In this document: piece by piece, positions 48,462 through 61,967 of the stretch
How the letters are laid out: every line of letters begins with the position of its first letter
Position numbering within the stretch: position 1 is the first letter of the stretch
Assembly (NCBI GenBank): GCA_964016885.1
Contig: OZ024740.1
Location: 120,032,001 to 120,096,000 of the forward strand
Source of the DNA: Eledone cirrhosa
Lineage: Eukaryota
Direction: 5' to 3'
Length of the DNA: 64,000 nucleotides
The notes under the pieces: generated by a model
Told to the model about the DNA's origin: nothing
What the model saw: only the letters and a program-made list of their open reading frames with translations
Database searches by the model: none
Position numbers and translations under genes: made by a program

Positions 48462-50400
48462 AGCGGTTGTCTCCCTTGTTTGGATTAACGTCTGGACGGG
48501 AACTGGGGCTTTTTCTGTAACTTCCGGTCAGAACCCTATAAAACTAACAACTCTAAGTTCTCATTCTCTCATTTGGCTCTGCCACTCATTTGGCCAACAG
48601 GCTCCTGGCCTTAGCCAGGCGTCCTCTGCCAGCCGCGTTTGCCTGGCAATCAAAACGGTAACGACTAACTTTGTTTCATTATATCATCTACTTCTTTGAC
48701 ATGTCAACTATACTATCTACCATTGTTAATTAAATATTATACACACAAACAATGTATTCCTTGTTACATTCATACAACCCAGTACTCTCGCTATATTGGT
48801 AACCCTGACGTGATACGAACACGCAGCCGTTCATCGCTATAAGTGGTCACCCCAAAAAAAGAAAAAAATAGCACATCTGGTTTTGTGTGAGTAACATTAC
48901 GAATACACAGCAAATTTATCGACAGACTATGAAAATACTCAGTAAAAGAAACAAACGCACACACGCACATGTGGAATTCGCGTTCAGACAGACTTTTTCT
49001 CTCACGCATCAACTAACTGTCGCATTTCACGATATATATACATGTTTCTCGTTTCTTACAACGAACTCTTTCAAAACACACGAAAAAAAAAAAAAGAAAT
49101 TTGATATTCTTTAAAAAAACATTTCAACAGGAACATTTATTTTCGATGAACCATTGCCTTTTTGTTCATCGTTTTCTTCATCGTTCAAGTTTTTTTTTCC
49201 CAAAGTTCACACCAATAATTATGCTGAGTGAAGCCTTTCTTTTTCATCATTGTCACTTTCAAAATTGCACTATCATTTTCTCGCGCGTTAGAAATATTAT
49301 TTTTTTCAACCTTGTATTGGCACGTGTAGGCAGCACAAATTCTCGATTCACAGAGATGTCTCTACTCACAGACATAGCCGCACGCCAGAGATAACATTTC
49401 TCGCCAAGGATTCTTCAGCCTTAAGCTATATTCTTCTATTTGCCGGTTTATAAATTTACAATGTAAATTTACCGTTGATAACCGCGCATTTATTAAGAAT
49501 GCTTATTTCTCTGGTCGCTGGCCTCTTGACCCTTCCGGGTCGGCGCATTCTCAACATCGACCATCAACTTCGGCTGCTGCTTCTAGCACTTTGCGCAACT
49601 CATTTTTTTTTTCTAAAAAAATTTTTTTTACTGTGAATTTGGACACCGAGTGCGCTCACTCGGCGAGACAACAGCAGCAGCAACAGCAACAGCAATATAA
49701 CAGCAACAGCAATACATCAACACAGCTTCAGCAACAACCAAAGCCAGAGAATTTATTTTTGCAGCACTCTTCCTGTGAGAAAATCCATTCGGAGGTTGGA
49801 AATTTCACGATATACCACAGAACAGAAACCACCTGCATTCATTCTCTGGAACACACTTTCTTTCCTGCTGTCAAGTGATTGCACACCTATGAACTTTATT
49901 TTGTACATTTGAACTTTGAGCTCTTCTCTTACTTTACTACCTTGATATCTATCATTGATTTTTGCAAATATTCTTTTGTCGTAGTGTTCATGCCTGTTAC
50001 AACATTCTCGCCAACTTGCTACATATTTTCATTTTTACACACTAAAATTCTGGCGGGAGGTTATGTAGCGGTTGTCTCCCTTGTTTGGATTAACGTCTGG
50101 ACGGGAAGTGGGGCCCTTTCTGTAACTTCCGGTCAGAACCCTATAAAACTAACAACTCTAAGTTCTCATTCTCTCATTTGGCTCTGCCACTCATTTGGCC
50201 AACAGGCTCCTGGCCTTAGCCAGGCGTCCTCTGCCAGCCGCGTTTGCCTGGCAATCAAAACGGTAACGACTAACTTTGTTTCATTATATCATCTACTTCT
50301 TTGACATGTCAACTATACTATCTACCATTGTTAATTAAATATTATACACACAAACAATGTATTCCTTGTTACATTCATACAACCCAGTACTCTCGCTATA
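48459..50400 (+). mobile_element. Non-autonomous LTR retroelement (TRIM/LARD-like, probably Gypsy-dependent)
   Basis: 337-bp LTRs at 48459-48795 and 50064-50400 (TGTAGCG..CGCTATA) with about 3 differences seen. PBS TGGTAACCCTGACGTGAT and PPT GGCGGGAGG at 50052-50060. The 1268-bp interior has no recognisable gag/pol. Confidence 0.92.
48797..48814 (+). promoter_or_regulatory. Primer-binding site, tRNA-Trp type
   Basis: 16/18 match to TGGTGACCCCGACGTGAT, the complement of the metazoan tRNA-Trp 3' end. Lies 1 nt after the 5' LTR. Confidence 0.8.
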
Positions 50401-50404
50401 TATG

Positions 50405-50435
<31 letters not shown>

Positions 50436-50448
50436 GTATATATATATT

Positions 50449-50479
<31 letters not shown>

Positions 50480-50480
50480 G

Positions 50481-50511
<31 letters not shown>

Positions 50512-50518
50512 GTATATA

Positions 50519-50679
<161 letters not shown>

Positions 50680-51177
50680 CTCCCCCCACCTCTCTATCTA
50701 CACACGCACACACACTCCGACCTACACCCCACCCCACACATACATCTTCCTGAAGATGCAACCCCGTTCTTCCCCCAACCCTTGCTTTCACATACACACA
50801 CACACACACCTACACCTACACACACACACCACCTTCAGCTCTCCCAGCTCGGACACCCCGTCTTCCTCTCCACACTCCACCTGCCACCACCCCTACATGC
50901 CCCACACACTTCCACCACCTGTTTTAACCCATTTTAATTTTATTTTGATTGTCTTTATTTTTAATTTCATTTGCACCGTTTCCTCTCACGCCTTTTTTGC
51001 TATATGTCTCTCCACCACTCCCCTACACACCCTTTGAACTCTCTTCCCACACACTTTTCGCGTGAAGAAGGGCTTATGCCCGAAACGTCGTTCCCCACCA
51101 CCACCCCACTCTCAAGAGCGTGAAATTAATAAACATTTGTTGTACTGCCTCTCTGTTTTGTTCCCGTTCAATTTTTC

Positions 51178-51265
<88 letters not shown>

Positions 51266-51269
51266 AATG

Positions 51270-51303
<34 letters not shown>

Positions 51304-51325
51304 AATGTATATATATATATATAAG

Positions 51326-51373
<48 letters not shown>

Positions 51374-51377
51374 AATG

Positions 51378-51411
<34 letters not shown>

Positions 51412-51491
51412 TATATAAATGTATATATATATATATAAATGTATATATATATATGTATATATATATATATAAATGTATATATATATATAAG

Positions 51492-51553
<62 letters not shown>

Positions 51554-51630
51554 TAAATGTATATATATATATATATATAAATGTATATATATATATATAT
51601 GTAAATGTATATATATATATATATATGTAA

Positions 51631-51669
<39 letters not shown>

Positions 51670-51670
51670 A

Positions 51671-51717
<47 letters not shown>

Positions 51718-51846
51718 AATGTATATATATATATATATATATATATGTAAATGTATATATATTATATATGTATATATGTAAATATATATATATATATATA
51801 AATATATATATATATATGTGTATAGATATATAGATATATGTATATA

Positions 51847-51889
<43 letters not shown>

Positions 51890-51934
51890 GTATACATATA
51901 TATATTTATATTTGTATATATCTATAGCTATATA

Positions 51935-52162
51935 TGTAGGAGGTGAGTTTTATTGTAGTAGAATAAAGCAATGCAGATATCGGATCAGAAGCACTTTACA
52001 GTTTGTTGGACTGGAGTATCCACAAGTGTTTTTTAACCTTCATATCATGTCTTCCTATTTTATCTGATGAAAACACAAATGTTATTGCATGATGATATTT
52101 GTTTTTGAAATGCGCATAATAAAATACATGGAACTCTTTTAAACATCTTTTGATCTTATATA
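51935..52162 (+). mobile_element. Internally deleted family A copy retaining the HHR (52056-52126)
   Basis: The 5' end GTAGGAGGTGAG.. is joined directly to the 3' HHR segment. Confidence 0.75.
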
Positions 52163-52200
52163 CTATATATACATATGTATAGATATATATATATACATAA

Positions 52201-52270
<70 letters not shown>

Positions 52271-52295
52271 CATAAATGTATATATATGTATATAT

Positions 52296-52340
<45 letters not shown>

Positions 52341-52495
52341 TATAAATGTATATATATGAATATATATAAATCTATATATATGTATGAAAAGCAGAAGAAC
52401 AGCGAAACCGGTAAAGGAACCAAATAAATAAATATATTTTCTTTAAAAAATAAGACTCCAGTTGCATTTTCGATTTCATCTCTTTTTCTTTATAA

Positions 52496-52559
<64 letters not shown>

Positions 52560-52565
52560 ATATAT

Positions 52566-54910
52566 GGGGGAAGAAGAGAAGACTATCAAGTGGCCAGGAG
52601 GGAAGCTAGGAGACAAGTGTACTTCGCAAGAAGGGAAGCAGAGGAAAGAAAGTTCAAGCATGTTCTACAATGCGAGGACCAAAAACGTGAGGTGTTCAGG
52701 ATTGCTAAGCAATGTGTCGTGATATTGTCGGGGAGAAGTGTGTACTTAACGATGATGGCGTACTTGCCATCACTGATGTTGATAAGAAGGTAGCTTGGAA
52801 GTGTCACTACGAAATGTTACTAAATGAGAAGAATAAATGGGAGAAAGACAGTCTCCCCCACATCGACCCAATAGAGGGACCAGCAGTGTTAGTCAAAGGA
52901 AGTATAATAAGTAAGGCAATCAAAGATATGAAGACGGGTAAGGCGGCTGGGCCTTCGGAAATAGTTGCTGAGATGCTGAAAGCCTCCGGTACGGTGGGAC
53001 ACACTATGGTCACCTGGATATTAAACCAAGTCATACAGAATGGGGTTGTTCCGAAGGACTGGCGTAGCAGCATCATCGTTAACTGTTACAAGGGTAAAGG
53101 AGACGCTCTAGATAGGAGTAACTATAGAGGCATTAAATTAATCGACCAGGTCATGAAGGTCACGGAAAAAGTAATAGCGCAACTAATCAGAGAGAGAATT
53201 GACCTAGATGAAATGCAGTTTGGGTTTGTGTCAGGCAAAAGTACCACAGACGCTCTTTTCATTGTACGACAACTACAGAAGTACCTAGCTAAAAGTAAAC
53301 CCCTATACTTAGCTTTTGTCGACTTGGAGAAAGCCTTCGACAGAGTCCCCCGTTCCATTATCTGGTGGGTTCTTAGAAAACTAGGTGTTGACAAATGGCT
53401 TGTGAGAGCTATACAAGCCATGTATAAAGAAACAGTCAGCAAGGTTAGAATTAACAAAGAATATAGTGAAGAGTTTAGCGTAAAAGTTGGTGTCCATCAG
53501 GGCTCTGTTCTTAGACCCCTACTATTTATTATTGCCCTTCAGGCTATAACAGGGGAGTTCAAGACCGGCTGCCCATGGGAACTCCTATACGCAGATGATC
53601 CAACGCTCATAGCTGAATCAATAGCCGAGCTAGAGAAGAAATTCCAAACAAGGAAGCACGGCCTAGAATCAAAAGGCCTTAAAATTAACCTGGCTAAGAC
53701 TAAAGTTCTAGTTTGTAGGAAAGAAAATAAGGCGCCGGTCTCTTCCGGGAAATGGCCATGCTCAGTGTGTAGGAAAGGCGTAGGTAGAAACTCCATTTTA
53801 TGTCCCAAATGCAAAGTATGGGTGCATAAAAGATGTAGTGGGATCACAGGTAAGCTAACTAAGAACACAGATTTTACATGTGGCCGGTGCTCTGGTGCAA
53901 TAAGTAGCAGCAAGTGCCCACGAAATACTAGCTCTTTCAATTGCGCAGAGGGTTCTATAGAAATAGTGGACAACTTCCGTTACCTGGGTGACAAAATCAG
54001 CAGAGGGGGAGGGTGCTCTGAAAGTACAGTAGCTAGAGTCAGGACTGGATGGAAAAAGTTCAGAGAGCTTATACCACTATTAGCCGCTAAAGGGTTCTCC
54101 CTAAAAATGAAAGGTAGGTTGTATGATGCCTGCATACGAACAGCAATGTTGCATGGCAGTGAGACCTGGGCATTGTGTGCAGAGGATATACGCAGACTAG
54201 AGAGGAACGAAGCTTGCATGCTCCGCTGGATGTGTAATAGTAATATACGTGAACGGCAAAGCATAAACGAACTAAGAAAAAAATTAGAAATAAGAGGGAT
54301 CAGATGTTGTTTACTCGAGAGAAGGCTACGTTGGTATGGTCACGTGATGCACATGAAAGATGACAGCTGTATAAAAAAGTGCAGGGCGATAAAAATAGAC
54401 GGTAGCCACGGAGTAGGCAGACCCAGAAAAACCTGGGACGACTTGATAAATTCCGACCTCACACACTTACACCTCTCCAAGACAATGTAAACTGGACCGA
54501 GACCTTTGGCGGTACTCAGTAACAGAGAAGACCCGCCTTACCTAAATACAAAGTAAAACCTACTACAGTCAGTAGGTATCTCTAAAAAAATACACCCCCG
54601 TCCCACCACCCCCACCCCATCCACACCGCCCCTTTCAATGCAAAGTTATGTTGGTCCTACAACATCCAGCTGTAGAAAACACGCCAGACAGTCCACGCTG
54701 TAATGTGGCCGTGTAGGCAACACGGTAAAAACCTCCCAGCCCCACACTGTAAATGTGGTTGGTGTTAGGAAGGGCATCCAGCTGTAGAAAACCCGCCAGA
54801 TAGTCCTATGCGAGCAAGACAACAACTCTTGCCTCAAGTGGGAAAACCCCCGTCCAAACCTATGCAAGCGTGGAACATGGACGTTAAACGATGATGATGA
54901 TGATGATGAT
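52566..54910 (+). mobile_element. RTE LINE (PHD-finger family), 5'-truncated
   Basis: Contains ORF 52712-54490, a 3'UTR and a (GAT)n tail. Confidence 0.95.
52712..54490 (+). CDS. RTE reverse transcriptase with internal PHD-like zinc finger (truncated ORF)
   Basis: NYRGIKL, FVDLEKAFDRVP, GVHQGSVL, LLYADD, CSVC..CPKC..HKRC..CGRC, GRPRKTW. Confidence 0.9.
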   Translation: MCRDIVGEKCVLNDDGVLAITDVDKKVAWKCHYEMLLNEKNKWEKDSLPHIDPIEGPAVLVKGSIISKAIKDMKTGKAAGPSEIVAEMLKASGTVGHTMVTWILNQVIQNGVVPKDWRSSIIVNCYKGKGDALDRSNYRGIKLIDQVMKVTEKVIAQLIRERIDLDEMQFGFVSGKSTTDALFIVRQLQKYLAKSKPLYLAFVDLEKAFDRVPRSIIWWVLRKLGVDKWLVRAIQAMYKETVSKVRINKEYSEEFSVKVGVHQGSVLRPLLFIIALQAITGEFKTGCPWELLYADDPTLIAESIAELEKKFQTRKHGLESKGLKINLAKTKVLVCRKENKAPVSSGKWPCSVCRKGVGRNSILCPKCKVWVHKRCSGITGKLTKNTDFTCGRCSGAISSSKCPRNTSSFNCAEGSIEIVDNFRYLGDKISRGGGCSESTVARVRTGWKKFRELIPLLAAKGFSLKMKGRLYDACIRTAMLHGSETWALCAEDIRRLERNEACMLRWMCNSNIRERQSINELRKKLEIRGIRCCLLERRLRWYGHVMHMKDDSCIKKCRAIKIDGSHGVGRPRKTWDDLINSDLTHLHLSKTM

Positions 54911-54913
54911 ATG

Positions 54914-54946
<33 letters not shown>

Positions 54947-54947
54947 G

Positions 54948-55036
<89 letters not shown>

Positions 55037-55255
55037 ATAGATATATAGATATATGTATATATATATGTATATATATATATATATATAAATGTATATAGAT
55101 ATATAGATATTTGTATATATATATGTATATATATATATATATAAATGTATATATATATATAGATATATGTATATATATATATGTATATATATATATGTAT
55201 ATATATATAGATATATGTATATATATATGTATATATATATATATATATATAAATG

Positions 55256-55290
<35 letters not shown>

Positions 55291-55331
55291 GTATATATAT
55301 ATATATATGTATATATATATTTATATATATG

Positions 55332-55386
<55 letters not shown>

Positions 55387-55406
55387 GTATACATATATAT
55401 ATATGT

Positions 55407-55443
<37 letters not shown>

Positions 55444-55679
55444 TGGAAATCAGTAAAATCGAATCTCTGGCGGCTTGCAAGTAAATTCGGCCTACTTATA
55501 TGAAATGATGAGTTAGCAAAGCACTCGATAAGATAGGACCTGAGAGTAATAACATACGTTTAAATAGCTTGACAAATCGAACATTGTGGTAGACGAAACT
55601 ACCACACAATACATACCAAAGTAACGATAGAACTAATCAGGTTGAGAAAAGTATATATATATACATGTATATATATATG

Positions 55680-55710
<31 letters not shown>

Positions 55711-55711
55711 G

Positions 55712-55764
<53 letters not shown>

Positions 55765-55765
55765 G

Positions 55766-55905
<140 letters not shown>

Positions 55906-55918
55906 TATGTATACACAC

Positions 55919-55951
<33 letters not shown>

Positions 55952-55966
55952 TATATGTATATGTAT

Positions 55967-56003
<37 letters not shown>

Positions 56004-56025
56004 TATATATATATATATACACCTA

Positions 56026-56057
<32 letters not shown>

Positions 56058-56091
56058 CATACACACACATATATATATATATATACACCTA

Positions 56092-56135
<44 letters not shown>

Positions 56136-56346
56136 CACACACATGTATATGCTTACATATATACATATATATATGTATACATATATACGTACATATATAC
56201 ACATATATACATGTATATATATATGTATATATACATGTATGCAAATATATATATATATGTAAGTATATATGTATGTGTAATATATATATGTATATATATG
56301 TAATATATATATGTATACATATATATATATATATATATATGTATAT

Positions 56347-56892
56347 ACAAGGTGTGTCAGAAAAGTTCCAGGACTGAAGTCACAAAAGAATAATTTCAAA
56401 CCCAAGAGTGTTCTCCTTCAAAGTAATTCCCCTGGAGTATGTAACTGTAATCTTAGTTCTCTGCAGCGATCAAATTATTTTGTTCCGAATTTTATATACA
56501 TTCCTCTGTTTCAGATCGTCAAGCAATAAGCACAGAGCGACAAACAAAGTTGAAGTTTCTGGTATGGTTGGGGAAATCTCCTTCAGAATCAATGGGATTG
56601 CTGCAGCAAGTGTATGGAGATGAGACGCTGTCACGCACACATGTTTTTGATTGGTGAAACAGGTTCAAAGAAGGATGCGAGGACATGGAAGATGACCCCA
56701 GGAGTGGAAGGTCCTCAACAACCAGGACTGAGCTCAACGTTGAGCGCGTCAGGCAGATAGTGTGTAGCGATCGTCGGCTGACTGTTCAACTGCTGGCAAA
56801 TGAGCTGAGCATGAATCGGGACTGCATCTGGAAGACTCTCACTAAAGATTTGGACATGCAGAATGTCTGCGCGAAGATGGCGCCAAAACTGT
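56347..56892 (+). mobile_element. Mariner-family DNA transposon 5' fragment (TIR + degenerate HTH region of transposase)
   Basis: Begins TA|CAAGGTGTGTCAGAAAAGTTCC. Translation [46 protein letters not shown] (WVP-like linker). Confidence 0.85.
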
Positions 56893-57003
56893 GAAATAAA
56901 ATGTCTTGCTCAAGGAAGCAACACATCCCCCGGCCTGAGAATTGAACTCACAACCTTTTGATCGCAAAGCCAATGCTCTAACTGCTAAGCCATGTGCCTC
57001 CAT
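56891..57003 (-). mobile_element. tRNA-derived SINE head fragment
   Basis: Matches 22860-22972. Confidence 0.75.
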
Positions 57004-57080
57004 ATATATATATATGTATATATTTATATATACGTATATATATATATATGTGTGTATATATATGTATATATGTATATATT

Positions 57081-57117
<37 letters not shown>

Positions 57118-57118
57118 A

Positions 57119-57157
<39 letters not shown>

Positions 57158-57362
57158 TTATATATATGTATATATTTATATATATGTATATATATATATA
57201 TATATATATACTTGTATATATATATGTATATATTTATATATATGTATAACGATAACGAGGGGGCAGCCATCATATATATATATATTTATGTCTATATATA
57301 TATATAATATGTGTATATACATATATATATACATGCCGATGATGATGATGATATATATATAA

Positions 57363-58600
57363 TATCATCATCATCCCCTTTTTTATGTGAATTCTTCCAC
57401 GCTAGCATGGGTTAGATGGGTTGTCCTGTTATGGATGATGTTCTGTTGGCTGACATTGTGTTTCTCACACAGGAACTGATTTTGGCTTGATTTCTACAAC
57501 TGGATGCCCTTGCTAACACCAACAATTACAGTGAGTGCTGGCTGCTTTTTATTTCTCTTGCACCTACACATCCACTTTACAGAGCGGGCTGGTTGCTTTT
57601 TTCTCGTGACACCTCCATGACCACTTTGCAGTGGGAGGGGATTGGGCATATTTCCTATATGCTTCGGCTTTGGCTTGTTCCCGTGGGAAGTCCGGCCTTC
57701 TGTATTACAGCGTGACACCTGACACCAGAGATCTCAGTGCTGTGTCATTGCCGTTGAGAGGTGCAATTAGGCAAGGTCTGCTTTTATCACCTCATCCCAG
57801 GTCTTCTTGTCTCTCCCCACTCCATGGCTTCCCTTATCTTTTAGTGCTCTGCACCTTTTTATGCAGCTGTCATCCTTCATACACATCACATGTCTATACC
57901 AACGTATCCTCCTCTCCTACACACAGAATTTGATTCCGCTTATGCTCAGTCTTTCTCTCAGTTTATTTATGCTCTGCCGTTCGCGTATATTACTATTACA
58001 CATCCATCAGGGCATGCAAGCTTTGTTTCTTTCTAATCTATTCAAGTCTTCTATGCACGGGGCCCAGATCTCACTACCATGTAACATTGCTGTTCGTATG
58101 CACACATCATACAGTCTGCCTTTCATTTTGGGGAAAAAGCCTTTTGCAGCTAACAGTGGCAGTAGCTCCCTGAACTTCTTCCATCCTGTTCTACATGTGA
58201 AGCCTACATTCCTAACTAAACTTCCTGAGATCCACTACATCTCTTGTGTACCCATAGTTTGCATTTGGGTCAGAGCATAGAGTTCTTACCTACACCTTTC
58301 CTACATACTTACCAAGGCCATTTCCCTGAGGGGATCTGGGTTCTGTTTTCTCGTCTACTTACGAGGACCTTAGTCTTTGACAGGCTGACTTTGAGACCTC
58401 TTCTTTCTAATCCCTGCTTCCATGTTTGGAACTTTTCCTTTAGTTCCGCCATAGATTCAGCTATAAGTGTAAGATGATCCACATAGAGAAGTTCCCATGG
58501 CCATCTCGTCTTAAACTCCTCTGTTATAGCCTGCAATACTATAATAAACTGGAGAGGGCTAAGTACAGAGCCCTGCTGAATACCGACCTGTATGCTAAAT
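57363..58600 (-). mobile_element. Older degenerate RTE (PHD family) 3' portion
   Basis: LQAITEEFKT.WPWELLY.D..SGKWP. Internal deletion and (ATG)n tail. Confidence 0.85.
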
Positions 58601-58637
58601 TTATAAATATATATATATATATATATATATACAATAT

Positions 58638-58772
58638 CTAGGGCGGGTAAAATTCCCGAGATCCATGGACGAGTTCTCTCCAGCGGTCTCTGTCTCTTAT
58701 TATCGCTGCTATGACCCGCGTCTCCAAGAGATCAGTGTCTGTCATTGGGGCATCAACATACGTTAACCTTAT
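58638..58772 (-). mobile_element. 3' tip of the RTE family of 2553-4934
   Basis: [26 protein letters not shown]. Confidence 0.85.
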
Positions 58773-58841
58773 ATATACAATATATATATAATATATGTAT
58801 AATATATACACATATAATATATATAAAATATGTATACATAT

Positions 58842-59030
58842 AATTGTTTCAACTTTTGGCACAAGGCCAGAAATGACCCCAGTGCACTACTGGTACTTTA
58901 TTTTATTGACCCCGTAAGGATGAAAGGCAAAGTTAACCTCGGCTGGATTTGAACTCAGACCATATAGGGATGCAACTATGCTGGAATGCATGGCGTCCGA
59001 GCTTCTACTGATACTGACATTCCACCGCCC
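58842..59030 (-). mobile_element. tRNA-derived Nin/Deu-like SINE (second partial copy 59535-59656)
   Basis: Matches 21719-21907. Confidence 0.75.
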
Positions 59031-59069
59031 TCTATATATGCATATAATATCTATAAAATATATTTATAT

Positions 59070-59108
<39 letters not shown>

Positions 59109-59182
59109 TTAATGGTAGCTATGATGCTTCCATAGGCAGTATGCCAGTTAAGCACTCTATGTTCTTACAGAGCAGAGTGTGA

Positions 59183-59527
59183 TATAATATAAAACAAAAA
59201 ATCAGTGATGCATCTGGATTCAATTTATTGTGTGTTACAATTGTTTCGCCAGCAGACAGCTCGAGACACGATCATTGTATGGATCTGTCTGATTCTAGAA
59301 CTGCAGATTCGTCGGACACTTCCAATAATTTTGGTACAAATTTTCTCACTGGGGTTTTAGCTTCAAAAAACATGTTTTTTGAAGCTAAAACCCCAGTAAG
59401 AAAATTTGTTCTAGAATCACACAGATCCATACAATGATCGTGTCTCAAGCTGTCTGCCAGCGAAACAATTGTAACACACAATAAATTGAGTCTAGATGCA
59501 TCACTGATTTTTCGTTTTATATTATAT
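59183..59527. repeat. Fold-back element with a variant-core HHR (CCGACGA) on the - strand at ~59227-59326
   Basis: Palindrome centred on ACATGT at ~59372, with a deletion in the right arm. On -: GTGT-CCGACGA..GAAA-CAATTG-TA|ACAC. Confidence 0.7.
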
Positions 59528-59852
59528 ATAGTAATAATTGTTTCTACTTTAGGCACAAGGCCAGCAATTATCCCATTGTATTACTGGTACTTTATTTTAT
59601 CAACCCCGTAAGGATGAAAGGCAAAGTTAACCTCGGCAGGATTTGAACTCAGACCATATATATAGTAATAATAATATATACATATATATATATAGTAATA
59701 ATATATACATATATATATATAGTAATAATAATATATACATATATATATATATATAAAAATAGTAATAATAATATAAACATATATATATAAATAAAGTAAT
59801 AATAATATATACATATATTATAGATATATATATATATATACATATATATATA

Positions 59853-60255
59853 TTGTACCCAATTACACTTCTCAAATGCGATGACACACGACCGTGACCT
59901 CTGGCGTCACGCAGTAATACAGAGTACCCGACCTCCCATAGGTACAAGCTAAAGCATATAGACAATATGCCCCCACACCCTCCCACTGCAAGGTAGTCGT
60001 GGAAGTGGCACGGCAAAAAAGCACCCGGCACACACTGTAAAGTGGACGTGTAGGCACCACAGAAAAAAGCACCCAGCACTCACTGTAAATAAGGGTGGTG
60101 TTAGGAAGGGCATCCAGCTGTAGAAATCAAGCCAAAATTTGTTCCTGTATGAGCAAGGCCTGGTCAGCCGACCAGACTCTGCCCACAACAGGACAACCCG
60201 TCTAAGACATGCCAGCATGGAAGAACAGACGTAAAACGTGAATGATGATGATGAT
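59853..60255 (+). mobile_element. RTE 3' fragment
   Basis: Matches the reverse complement of 61968-62360. (GAT)n tail. Confidence 0.85.
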
Positions 60256-60942
60256 ATAGTAATAATAAATGTGAAGACTAAAATCTGTCCTTATACTAAA
60301 TATATATATTAAATATATACATAATAGATTGATATGTGATTGTATAAATATATTTTATGTATGTGTTTTATATATAAACAGACATAATTGTGAGAGAAAA
60401 TTCAATTCTAAAACATAAAAGTAAGTTATAAGCATATATTTTTTTTAAAATCTCTTATGATTAGACGTGTTGAATAATAATAATAATAATGCTACTTCCA
60501 TTTTTATGTTTCAAAAAAGTATTCAACAAAATACCTTTGGTGTAAGTTTTATTTGTTTTGTTTTATTTTATTTTGAAATAGAAGAAATTTATATGAAAGA
60601 ATAAAAATGGCAAAAATGTAATTCAGTTTAAAGAAAATGCTATGTTTTTCTATCTGAAAATTCTTTAATTTTCACTTCCTTTAATGTTTCTTAACTTCAT
60701 TAGGATAAAAGTGTAGGCAGCAGAGAATAATTCAGAAAAATAAAAATTATGAAAGCTGTTCATGTGCAAAAATTAAATACTTTGCACACAATTCTATTAC
60801 ATAGACATATGCACACATATATATATATATATACATAAACATGTGTGTATGTATATATATGTATATATCTACAGAAACATATGTGTGTATGTATATCATC
60901 ATCATCATCATCATTTTACGTCTACTTTTCCCTGCTTGCAAG

Positions 60943-61011
<69 letters not shown>

Positions 61012-61119
61012 AAACATATGTGTGTATGTATATATATATATATATATACATAAACATATGTGTGTATGTATGTATATATATATATAAACATAAGTATATA
61101 TATACATACATAAACATAT

Positions 61120-61540
61120 AAAGGTGCATGGCTTAGTGGATAGAATATTGTTGGGCTTGCAATCGAAAGGTGTGTGAGTTCAATTCTTGGACTGGGCGAT
61201 GTATTGTTACCTTGAACCAGACACTTTATTTCACATTGCTCGAGTTTACTAAGCTGTAGAAATGAGATGATAGGACTGGGGTCGTGGAGGTGCCACGCAA
61301 AAAAGCACACAGTCTACACTGTAAAGTGGACGTGTGGGCGCCACGGAGAAAAAGCACCCAGCACTCACTGTAAATGAGGTTGGTGTTAGGAAGGGCATCC
61401 AGCTGTAGAAATCAAGCCAGAATCAGTTCCCGTATGAGCAAGACCAGGTCAGCCGACCGGACACTACCCACAACGGGACAACCCGTCTAACCCATGCTAG
61501 CGTAGAAGAACGGACGTAAAACGGTAATGATGATGATTAT
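61120..61540 (+). mobile_element. Full-length tRNA-derived SINE with a long RTE-derived tail
   Basis: A box TGGCTTAGTGG, B box GAGTTCAATTC. The tail is near-identical to the RTE 3'UTR at 61968-62220. Confidence 0.8.
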
Positions 61541-61605
61541 GATATATATTCATAAACATTAGTATATATATATGTGTTATATATACATATAAACATATAT
61601 ATATC

Positions 61606-61943
61606 AGCAGCATTCAGCAATTTTACGTCTGCTTTTCCCTGCTTGCAAGGGTGGGGCGGGAACTGATTCTGGCTTGATTTCTACAGCTGGATGCCCTTCC
61701 TAACACCAACCTCATTTACAGTGAGTGCTGAGTGCTTTTTTCCGTGGCACCTCCACGACCACTTTACAGTGGAATGATATGGAGCCCAGTCCCTATCATC
61801 TCTTTTCTACAGCTGAGTAAACTGGATCAATGTGAAATAAAGTGTCTTGCTCAAGGAAACAACACATCTCCCGGTCTGACAATTGAACTCACAACCTTTC
61901 GATTGTAAGTCCAATGCTCTAACCACTATGCCGTGTGCCTCCA
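61606..61943 (-). mobile_element. tRNA-derived SINE (same family as 22700-23645)
   Basis: Head, body and tail align by eye. Confidence 0.8.
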
Positions 61944-61967
61944 TATGTGTGTATATATATATATATA

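Noticed and set aside
48459-48699. Peptide repeated at the ends of ORFs 48274-48699 and 49879-50304
   Set aside because: It is a translation of the two LTR copies.
51062-51092. Functional hammerhead
   Set aside because: The core reads GTGAAGA and no helix I pairing is evident, so it is a degenerate remnant.
60270-60790. AT-rich unique segment as exon or promoter
   Set aside because: No supportable motif, ORF or homology within the window.
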